Made by a program: the position numbers and the translations under genes. The notes beneath the pieces were generated by a model, which had not been told where the DNA came from, did no database searches, and saw only the letters and a program-made list of their open reading frames with translations. From contig CAWCKH010000004.1 of NCBI GenBank assembly GCA_963796055.1, forward strand, positions 3,392,001 to 3,456,000: DNA of 64,000 nt, read 5' to 3'. Below, piece by piece: positions 37,320 to 45,908 of this stretch (positions are counted from its first letter, which is position 1; each line of letters starts with the position of its first letter). Source of the stretch: an uncultured delta proteobacterium. GTDB taxonomy: Bacteria; Myxococcota; Myxococcia; Myxococcales; Myxococcaceae.

Positions 37320-37652
37320 TCAGAGGGTCGGGCAGCGGTGCGTCTCCAGGGCCTGGTCGAGGGCCTCGAGTGAGTCCTGGGTGTACGCCAGCTCCTGCTT
37401 CCAGGCGTCCTTCTCCCAGGCGGCCGCATCCGGCTGCGCGAGCTGGTCGAGCAAGTGGACCTCCTGCTCCGCCAGCGCGGCCTCGGTGTCCCGGAGCTCG
37501 ACACACTGCTCTGACAGGACCGCCACGGTCGCTGCCACGCCGGCGACTGTCTCCCTTTCCGACATCTCCCGAGGCGGAACACTGGCGGCAGGAGGGGATG
37601 ACCCCGTGGGGAGGAGCCCCAAGAGCAGGAGTGGCAGGTACTTCACCTTCAT
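37320..37652 (-). CDS. small secreted helical hypothetical protein
   Basis: MKVKYLPLLLLGLL signal-like start, acidic coiled coil, two Cys. Confidence 0.55.
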   Translation of the reverse strand: MKVKYLPLLLLGLLPTGSSPPAASVPPREMSERETVAGVAATVAVLSEQCVELRDTEAALAEQEVHLLDQLAQPDAAAWEKDAWKQELAYTQDSLEALDQALETHRCPTL

Positions 37653-37985
37653 CGAGCCTGGTCCTGTGCATTTGCCAGGCCGAGCCGCGGAGCGAGGGTT
37701 CCGCGAGATGGGGCGACGGGAGCCGGGTCATTCATCTCCTCTGGGGAGAGATTGACCCGGGGGAGAGTGTTACACGATGTGCGTCCAGGGGCGACGGGCT
37801 CGCCCTCGTGCTCGCGGGCTCCCGCCTGGGGCCGCCGCTTCGGTGCGGCGTGCAGTCTGCTGCCGGCAGATCCGCCCGTCCGATCTTGGTCTCGAGGCAG
37901 GGCGAGCGATCGAATCGCGCCGGGGTCTCCGATGGCCGCTGGCGCACCAGGGACGAGCGCACCAGGGACGAGTTGACAAGAAATG

Positions 37986-38013
37986 GGCGGAGGTTTATTG
38001 ACCGCCGCCTTTT
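37986..38013 (+). terminator. putative intrinsic terminator
   Basis: GGCGG-A-GGT / ACC-G-CCGCC hairpin followed by TTTT. Confidence 0.5.
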
Positions 38014-38350
38014 CGTGAGGTCCGTCGTGAGAACGCAATTCTCGATCGATTGCTTGTCCAGGGCGCCGAGCGCCTCCGGGCATGCGTCAGGTCGCGTTCT
38101 CCGCGCGTATCTCCGACTTCCGGGAGAGCCAGTCTCAGACTCGAACGTCTGAGCTGCTGCTCCCGGAGGCCGAGTTCTCGCGAGGGAATCCGGCCTTCGA
38201 ATTTCCACGAGACATGGCGGTGCGCCCCAGCGGCGCCGCGGTGACCTCCGGGGAGCACCAGCGTTCCACAGCGCGGGCGTTCTCCTCTCGGGATTTCACA
38301 CGCGGTTGGCCGCGCATCGGGCTCCGCTCGGCGAAGGGAACGGCCGCTGA

Positions 38351-38440
38351 CGGTTCTCGCCCCGCTCTGAAAGGAGCACTGGACTTGAAATCCAGCGCCC
38401 GCGGTTCGAATCCGCGGGCACGTGCATTGGACACGCACCG
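38351..38440 (+). ncRNA. tRNA-like element upstream of slipin gene (D, anticodon and T arms intact, acceptor stem broken)
   Basis: GCTC-TGAAAG-GAGC; CTGGA-CTTGAAA-TCCAG; CGCGG-TTCGAAT-CCGCG; only GCC/GGC pair contiguously in the acceptor position; no CCA. Confidence 0.75.
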
Positions 38441-38704
38441 AGGCGCCGGCGTGAGCCGGCCCGGAGTCCGGCCGCACCAGGCGACCGGCCCGCGAACGAA
38501 TGCCGTGAACCGGCCATCCCGGGACGCCGCCGCTGCCATCGGGCGGCAGCCATCCCATGGACCGCCGCTTCGCCGCCTCGGCGCGCGCCGGACGTCCCTG
38601 GGCGGAGGGGGACGGAGCACGGCGCCCGTGAGCGTCCGGCGCCTCACTTTTCTTGTCTTCGACACCTGTCGTTGCAGCACCCCGAAGGAAGGAGGTCGTC
38701 AGTC

Positions 38705-39787
38705 ATGCGAATCGATGTCGCCGTCAATCAGCGGGCCCTGGTCCTCGTGGACCAGATCCCGGCGCGCTACCTCGGGCCCGGTCGTCACCGGATCCGGGTG
38801 GCTCCGTGGCGGGCGCTCGAGGTCCGTCTCTACGACACCGAGCGCCTCCTGGCGGAGCTCCGTCCCGAAGAGCTGGCCCTGGTGCCTGAGCGGGAGCTCG
38901 CGCGACTGATCGTGACTCCTGATCAGCGCGCGGTGCTGTCGCGGCGCGGGCGGCCGGTGAAGTGGCTCCAGGCGGGAATGCACCTCGTCTGGACCGTGGA
39001 TCCGACTGTCAGCCTCGAGGTGCTGGACGTGTCGGGTGTCGAGGCCGCGCCGCTCCGCGACGAGGTCAAGGCGCTCGTTCCGGCCGGCGACTACGTCGAG
39101 GCCACCGCGGCCGAGGGGACTGCCGTCCTCCGGTACGTGGATGGCGCGCTCGAGGCCGTGCTCGGCCCCGGGCGTCACGCGGCGTGGACCGTGCGCCGGA
39201 AGGTCCAGCTCTCGGTGATCGACACCCGCGAGAAGCAGCTCGCGGTGAACGGGCAGGAGGTGATGACCCGCGACCGCGTGTCGCTGCGTCTGAACCTCGT
39301 GGCGGCCTGGCGGGTGGCGGACGTCCGCCGCCTCGCCACCGTGGCCCGGGCGCCGGAGGAGGTGCTCTACGTGGCGGTGCAGCTCGCCGCGCGCGAGGCC
39401 GTGTCGACCCGGACCCTGGACGAGCTGCTCGCAGCGCGGGAGCAGCTCGGCCTGCAGCTGGTGCCCAGCGTGCGCGAGCGCGCGCAGAGCGTGGGCCTCG
39501 AGCTGCTCGACCTCGGCGTCAAGGACCTGGTGCTCCCGGGGGAGATGAAGACCCTCCTCAACCGGGTGATCGAGGCCCAGAAGGAGGCCGAGGCCAACGT
39601 CATCCTCCGCCGTGAGGAGACCGCGGCCACCCGGTCGATGGCCCAGACCGCCAAGGTGCTCGGCGAGAACCCGCTGCTCGTCCGCCTCAAGGAGCTCGAG
39701 GCGTACAAGGAGCTCGCCGCCAAGGTGGGCCAGGTGCACGTCGTGCTCGGCGACGGCGCGCTGCCGCAGCTGCAGCTGAAGTCGTGA
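38705..39787 (+). CDS. slipin family SPFH/Band-7 protein
   Basis: GQEVMTRDRVSLRLN, RTLDELL, KDLVLPGEMK.LLN.VIEA.K.AEANVI.RREETAATRS; GGAGGT RBS. Confidence 0.92.
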   Translation: MRIDVAVNQRALVLVDQIPARYLGPGRHRIRVAPWRALEVRLYDTERLLAELRPEELALVPERELARLIVTPDQRAVLSRRGRPVKWLQAGMHLVWTVDPTVSLEVLDVSGVEAAPLRDEVKALVPAGDYVEATAAEGTAVLRYVDGALEAVLGPGRHAAWTVRRKVQLSVIDTREKQLAVNGQEVMTRDRVSLRLNLVAAWRVADVRRLATVARAPEEVLYVAVQLAAREAVSTRTLDELLAAREQLGLQLVPSVRERAQSVGLELLDLGVKDLVLPGEMKTLLNRVIEAQKEAEANVILRREETAATRSMAQTAKVLGENPLLVRLKELEAYKELAAKVGQVHVVLGDGALPQLQLKS

Positions 39788-39791
39788 GCGG

Positions 39792-39830
39792 GGGGCCCGC
39801 CCGGAATCCGCCGGGCGGGCCCCGATTTTT
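39792..39830 (+). terminator. intrinsic terminator after slipin gene
   Basis: 13-bp stem GGGGCCCGCCCGG / CCGGGCGGGCCCC followed by GATTTTT. Confidence 0.85.
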
Positions 39831-39837
39831 CACCAGG

Positions 39838-40527
39838 TCAGGCCGCCTGGGCGGCCATGTCCCTGCGCCTGGACGGAAGCGAGCAGAGGAGCAGCAGCCG
39901 GTCGCCGTGCGCCTCCTCGATCTCCAGCCGCCGGAACAGCTCCGCGCTCTCCCCGTGGGACGCATCGAGGATGCGCCGCCGTTCGCCGGCGGAGTGGCGG
40001 ATACCCCTCGCCAGGCGCGAGAGGACGAAGGGGCGCTCCGCGCATCCCGAGGCGCCGAGCCACGCCCGCGCGGCGTCCGCCAGCGGCAGGAGCTCCTCGC
40101 GGAACGAGCCGTCGGGCGCGGGCTGCACGTCCGCCCAGAACGCGCGGGCATCGCGGAGCGCCAGCGGCGTGGCGGTGGTGGTGAAGAGGCAGAGACGATT
40201 GCCCCGCGCCTCCTCCTCGTCCTGCGCCTCGGTGCTGAACCGCGCCAGGACCGCCGCGGCGCTGCGCTCGTCCCGGGCACCGCTCAGCCCGAGGTACCGC
40301 GCTTCCCGGCGCTCGGCACCGACCGGGAGGCGTACCCGCGCGACGAAGAGGAAGGCGCACGGACCCTCCGCATCGGCCGCCAGGTACAGCAGGTCGCAGC
40401 GGAGGAGCTCGTCGGTGAGCACGGAGCACCCCGGCGCGTAGCTCGGGGCGACCAGCCTCGCCATTCCGTCGATCAGGTCGTGGTTCCAGGCACCCTTCTG
40501 GAGTTTCGTCACGGAGATGTCGCTCAT
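39838..40527 (-). CDS. hypothetical protein (possible GNAT-like fold)
   Basis: Protein-like from ATG 40527 (MSDISVTKL); YLGLSG strand pattern; fold is a guess. Confidence 0.65.
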   Translation of the reverse strand: MSDISVTKLQKGAWNHDLIDGMARLVAPSYAPGCSVLTDELLRCDLLYLAADAEGPCAFLFVARVRLPVGAERREARYLGLSGARDERSAAAVLARFSTEAQDEEEARGNRLCLFTTTATPLALRDARAFWADVQPAPDGSFREELLPLADAARAWLGASGCAERPFVLSRLARGIRHSAGERRRILDASHGESAELFRRLEIEEAHGDRLLLLCSLPSRRRDMAAQAA

Positions 40528-40667
40528 GGGATGGCGGTCGACGAGCACGCCGGATGCCAATCTCGAACGCCATGAGATCGAGGGGTTGGCCCTGGCCGGT
40601 GTAGCGCCGGAGGCAACTCGTCGCGGCGGATGAAACACGGAAATCCCGCGCGGGCTCCCCCGGCTGG

Positions 40668-41507
40668 CTAGCGCTGGAGGAACCCGAGCGGCAGCGAGTC
40701 GCTGATCAGCAGCTCGTAGGGTGCCAGTGCGGCGAACACGTCGGCCGTGCCGTCGCACGCGTCGTGAAATCCGAACAGGACCCAGCCGCCGCCTGACGTC
40801 CCGGCGCGCTGCACGGCAGCCACCCCTGAGCTGGGGTTCTTGCGGCACCCCGCCCTGAAGACCGCGTTGCCCACCGCGACCTGGGTGACACCCCCCTCGG
40901 GAGCCGGGTCGACGGACGCGAGCAGGACCTGGTCGCCGCTGGAGATCTCGAGGGCGTCGTCGGATGGATCGTCCGTCCCCGCCGTGTCGACCGCGACCAC
41001 CCAGGCGACTTGCTTGACTCCCGCACTGGTGGCCCTCCCGTTCCCCACCAGGATGTCCTCCTCGCCGTAGGCGATCACGAGGTGGGTGGGGTCCGTCGGC
41101 ACGACGGTCATGGTCGCGATCCCCACCACGACCATCGGTCGGCCGCCGTAGGACGCTCCGGTGAAGTCCATCACGAAGGTCGCGCCCTGGGGCGTCCAGC
41201 TGCCGGTGACCACCACCGTCCCGCGCTCGTCGGGCCCCAGCATCTGCGGGCAGCCCGGACCGAGGCTGACCTCGACACGGATGTCGGGTCCGGATCGGCT
41301 GGGCGTGACGACCCGGGCGCACGGGGACGGGCGACCGTCCAGCGCCGCCATGGAGACCGCCGCGAAGTACGCCGCCGGCACCGCTGCGCCGAGAATGGTC
41401 TCGAGCGGACGGACGATCTCCGCGGGGTCCGGCTTCACACAGCCCACGGCGGAAGCCAGCAGGGTGATCATCCAACCGGCCCGGACCGTCGCGCGCGAGC
41501 GCCTCAT
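40668..41507 (-). CDS. hypothetical lipoprotein
   Basis: LASAVGC lipobox, beta-rich body with several Cys. Confidence 0.75.
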   Translation of the reverse strand: MRRSRATVRAGWMITLLASAVGCVKPDPAEIVRPLETILGAAVPAAYFAAVSMAALDGRPSPCARVVTPSRSGPDIRVEVSLGPGCPQMLGPDERGTVVVTGSWTPQGATFVMDFTGASYGGRPMVVVGIATMTVVPTDPTHLVIAYGEEDILVGNGRATSAGVKQVAWVVAVDTAGTDDPSDDALEISSGDQVLLASVDPAPEGGVTQVAVGNAVFRAGCRKNPSSGVAAVQRAGTSGGGWVLFGFHDACDGTADVFAALAPYELLISDSLPLGFLQR

Positions 41508-41520
41508 CGTGCCCGCGGCG

Positions 41521-42099
41521 CTACTGCGGCCCGGGAGGCTGTCGCCTCGCGGGGCCCGGCGACACCTGCGCCGTCGCGGTGTGCGCGGCCCTCGGCGACG
41601 GCACCTCGTCCAGCCGCGCGCCCCTCGGGCTCACCATCGCGCTCCAGCTGAGGGTGATCTTCCCGGTCAGGTCGGTCACCGTCGCGCCGTAGTGCCGCTC
41701 CCCGCTGCCGTAGGTGCGCAGGTAGAGGAAGTCGTTCCGCCCCCGGAGCTGGTCCTCGTCGTAGTCCGGCGACGAGCGCCCGTAGCTCACGAGGTTCGGC
41801 CCCGCGTCACGCTTGCTCCGCCTCAGCACCAGGGAGGCGAACGGCCTGGCCGACGGATCGTCCGGCTCGAGCGAGAAGCGCGCCGTTCGCCGGTCGTAGA
41901 CGATGAAGCAGAACTTGCCCGGGTACCGCATCCGCGGGGGCGCGGTCATCTCCGAGTTCCCCATCAGATCGTTGTCCCGCACTTCCACCCAGACCCGGTG
42001 ACACACGGTGCCCTGGGCCCACGCGGTGCTCCCCTGGAGCAGGGTCGCCAGCAACAGCAGCCACCCGCTTTGACCCACCCGACTCGTTCTCGAACCCAT
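41521..42099 (-). CDS. secreted hypothetical protein
   Basis: Signal peptide ending AWA-Q from ATG 42099. Confidence 0.6.
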   Translation of the reverse strand: MGSRTSRVGQSGWLLLLATLLQGSTAWAQGTVCHRVWVEVRDNDLMGNSEMTAPPRMRYPGKFCFIVYDRRTARFSLEPDDPSARPFASLVLRRSKRDAGPNLVSYGRSSPDYDEDQLRGRNDFLYLRTYGSGERHYGATVTDLTGKITLSWSAMVSPRGARLDEVPSPRAAHTATAQVSPGPARRQPPGPQ

Positions 42100-42395
42100 C
42101 GGAATCCCTCGCGACACTCCCTTTGGAGCGGAGGGGTTCTGCAAGAAGCAGGCAGCAGAGAAGATCACCCCGGCTGCACGGTGCGGGTGAGGCCGCTGGC
42201 GTACGGCGGGGCACGGCGTTAGCGTCCGCGGACCGTGCCGCTTCCATCGGCCAGCGCCTGCAGCACCCCGGTGACCACCCCGGTCGCGGCGCTCTGTTGC
42301 TGTTGTCGTTGAGCGGCTGACGGGCCGGGGGTGCTTCCCCGCGATGCTCTCGGCTCCCCGCTCTCGTCCCGTCCCCTCGCCGTTAGAGGACCCCG

Positions 42396-43361
<966 letters not shown>

Positions 43362-43395
43362 TGGAGTTTCACGAAGAAGCGAAGGAGCAACCGTC

Positions 43396-44247
43396 ATGGC
43401 CGAGTACGCACACCCCGAGGTCCTGGTCTCCACCGACTGGGTGAAGCAGAACCTCAAGACTCCCAACGTCCGCATCGTCGAGGTGGACGTGGACCCCAAG
43501 CTCTACGCCGCGGGACACATTCCCGGGGCGGTGGGCTGGGACTGGACCACCCAGCTGAACGATCAGGTCAAGCGGGACATCATCTCCAAGCAAGACTTCG
43601 AGAAGCTGAACTCAGAAGCAGGCATCAAAAACGCGGACACCGTCGTCATCTACGGCGACGCGAGTAACTGGTTCGCGGCCTACGGGTTCTGGCTCTACAA
43701 GATCTACGGGCACAAGGACGTGCGCCTGATGAACGGCGGACGGGCCAAGTGGCTCAACGAGGAAGGCGCGCCGCTCACCACCGACGTCGCGAAGTTCGCC
43801 CGGAGCGAGTACCGCGTTCCCTCGGTGGACACCTCGCTGCGGGCCATGGTCCAGGAGGTGCGCGCCGCCAGCGAAAAGAAGGCCCCCCTGGTGGACGTCC
43901 GCAGCCCGGACGAGTTCACCGGGAAGGTCATCGCCCCGCCGGGGATGACCGAGACCGCGCAGCGCGGCGGTCACGTTCCGGGCGCCACCAGCATCCCCTG
44001 GAGCACGGCGGTCACCAACGAGAACACCTTCAAGAGCGCCGACGAGCTCCGGGCCATCTACCTGGACCAGAAGCGGCTCGATCCCGGCAAGCCCACCATC
44101 GCCTACTGCCGCATCGGCGAGCGGAGCAGCCACACCTGGTTCGTCCTCAAGTACCTGCTCGGCTTCAAGGACGTGAAGAACTACGACGGCAGCTGGACCG
44201 AGTACGGGAACCTGATCGGCGCGCCCATCGAGAAGGGCGGCGGCTGA
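43396..44247 (+). CDS. tandem-rhodanese thiosulfate sulfurtransferase (CysA/SseA-like)
   Basis: GHIPGA, DVRSPDEF, active site CRIGERS, YDGSWTE. Confidence 0.95.
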   Translation: MAEYAHPEVLVSTDWVKQNLKTPNVRIVEVDVDPKLYAAGHIPGAVGWDWTTQLNDQVKRDIISKQDFEKLNSEAGIKNADTVVIYGDASNWFAAYGFWLYKIYGHKDVRLMNGGRAKWLNEEGAPLTTDVAKFARSEYRVPSVDTSLRAMVQEVRAASEKKAPLVDVRSPDEFTGKVIAPPGMTETAQRGGHVPGATSIPWSTAVTNENTFKSADELRAIYLDQKRLDPGKPTIAYCRIGERSSHTWFVLKYLLGFKDVKNYDGSWTEYGNLIGAPIEKGGG

Positions 44248-44264
44248 GCCGGACGTTTGGCCGA

Positions 44265-44295
44265 CCCCGGGTCGCTCGCGCGAGCCGACCCGGGG
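44265..44295. terminator. GC-rich hairpin between convergent genes
   Basis: CCCCGGGTCG...CGACCCGGGG 10-bp inverted repeat; no U tract. Confidence 0.5.
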
Positions 44296-44308
44296 CCCGT
44301 CTCCAGGC

Positions 44309-45745
44309 TCAGCTGCGGGCCAGCTGCCGGCGCGCCTGCGGGCGGATGAAGCCGTACACCCCGTTCAGCTGGTTGTAGTCCGCTGCCTCGCGGAAGGCCT
44401 CCGCCGCCTTGCTGCCGTTGCCTTTGCCCTGCCAGGCCAGCCCGGTGAGGTAGGAGACGCGCGGGTTCTGCCCGCCGGCCTTCCCCAGCTCGGCCAGGGC
44501 GGTGTCCCACTCCTTGCCCTGGACGGCGATCATCCCCGCCAGCTCGTGCGACTGCCGCACCTCGAAGGGGACCTTCTTGGCCTCCACCGCGGTGGAGTAC
44601 TTCGTCGCGGTGGCCCGGGCGCCCGCCAGGTCGCCCTTGAGGAGCGCCACCCGGGCCATGTCGAACATGTGGTTCCGGTGCGCGGCTTCCTTCACCGCCT
44701 CCGAGGCCTTGGAGCTGTCCACCAGCTTCATGCTCTCCTCGAACTTCTGCGCCGCCTCGGCAGGCTTGCCGGCCCCGAGGAGCAGGTTGCCGATGAAGTT
44801 CACGTCCTGTGACGCGGACAGGAGATCGCCGCTGGCGTCGGCGATCTTCTTCTCCTCCTCGATGCTCCGGATCGCGTCGGGCCAGCGGTCCTCGTGCATG
44901 TAGGTCTCGGCCATCCAGAACCACGCCTGACGCTTCTCTCCATCGGTCCGCGCCTTGCCCAGCATCTGCTTCAGCGTGACGCGCGCCTCGTCGCCCTTGC
45001 CGAGGTAGATCTGATCGTTGGCGATGCCCACGTACGCGCTGAGGAAGAACGGGTCCACCTGGAGCGCCTTCCGGTAGCGCCCGATCGACTCGTCGAATCG
45101 CCCCATCCGCATCAGGAGCTCGGCGTAGGAGTCGTGCGGGTTCGGATCATCGGGGAGGAGCTCGGCGTATTTCTGGAAGGTCTTCTCCGCCTCGGCGAGC
45201 TTGCCCTGGGCGCGGTAGGCGTAGCCGAGCTGGTTGTAGGGGAGGGTGAACTTGGGGTCGATCTCCACCGCCCGGGACAGCTCGCGGATCGCGGTGTCGA
45301 AGTCCTGCCGGCCGAAGGCGATGATGCCGATCTGGTTGTGGATCCGGGGATCCGAAGGGAACTGCTTCGCCAGCTCGGCCAGCAGCGCATCTTGCTCCGC
45401 CGGACGGGACTTGGCGCCCGCCTCGGCCGCGCGGATGAACTTCTGCTCGGCGAGGGTGGCGTGGCTGGCGGTGGCCATGGCCTTGTCCAGCCCGGCGAAG
45501 AAGTCCTTGGCCGTCCCGGCCGTCTGGGCCCACTGGAGCCAGGCCAGCGCGAACTGAGGGTCCTTCTTCACCGCCTGGTCGGTCCGGAGGTGGCCCTCGG
45601 TTCCCTTGAGGCGCTCCACGAGGTCACGTCCCTCGACGTACAGCGCGCGAGCCTCGGGGGACGAGGTGGTGATGGGGACGGTGGCCGGATCGGCTGCGAA
45701 GGCCAGCGCCGGCACCAGGAGCAACGGGGGAAGCAGACGTCGCAT
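44309..45745 (-). CDS. secreted TPR protein
   Basis: Signal peptide MRRLLPPLLLVPALAFA, TTSSPEA motif, multiple TPRs. Confidence 0.88.
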   Translation of the reverse strand: MRRLLPPLLLVPALAFAADPATVPITTSSPEARALYVEGRDLVERLKGTEGHLRTDQAVKKDPQFALAWLQWAQTAGTAKDFFAGLDKAMATASHATLAEQKFIRAAEAGAKSRPAEQDALLAELAKQFPSDPRIHNQIGIIAFGRQDFDTAIRELSRAVEIDPKFTLPYNQLGYAYRAQGKLAEAEKTFQKYAELLPDDPNPHDSYAELLMRMGRFDESIGRYRKALQVDPFFLSAYVGIANDQIYLGKGDEARVTLKQMLGKARTDGEKRQAWFWMAETYMHEDRWPDAIRSIEEEKKIADASGDLLSASQDVNFIGNLLLGAGKPAEAAQKFEESMKLVDSSKASEAVKEAAHRNHMFDMARVALLKGDLAGARATATKYSTAVEAKKVPFEVRQSHELAGMIAVQGKEWDTALAELGKAGGQNPRVSYLTGLAWQGKGNGSKAAEAFREAADYNQLNGVYGFIRPQARRQLARS

Positions 45746-45908
45746 CGGAAATCTCCCGCGGCATGCACGGCCGCGACGACGGGAATGCGCCCTTGTACGC
45801 CACCGTCCCGGATGCCATGGCGGAGCGCCGCTGCACCGTCTGGACCGTTCACTGGACTCGCCCGGTGCCCTCGCCGCTCGCTGCACCCGCCAGGCCGCTC
45901 GCCGCGAA

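Larger units (their letters stand above)
31515..38013. mobile_element. tRNA-Val-anchored genomic island remnant (right boundary uncertain; no integrase seen)
   Basis: Begins at the tRNA 3' end; abrupt rise in A/T-ending codons, orphan genes, several frameshifted relics, arm-type-like repeats. Confidence 0.55.

Noticed and set aside
38305..38325. Sigma-54 promoter for the RNA/slipin unit
   Set aside because: GG-to-GC spacing is off by one and the flanking consensus is poor.
38355..38424. Functional tRNA-Ser(TGA)
   Set aside because: Acceptor stem mostly unpaired, no T8/A9, no long variable arm and no CCA; kept only as a tRNA-like element.
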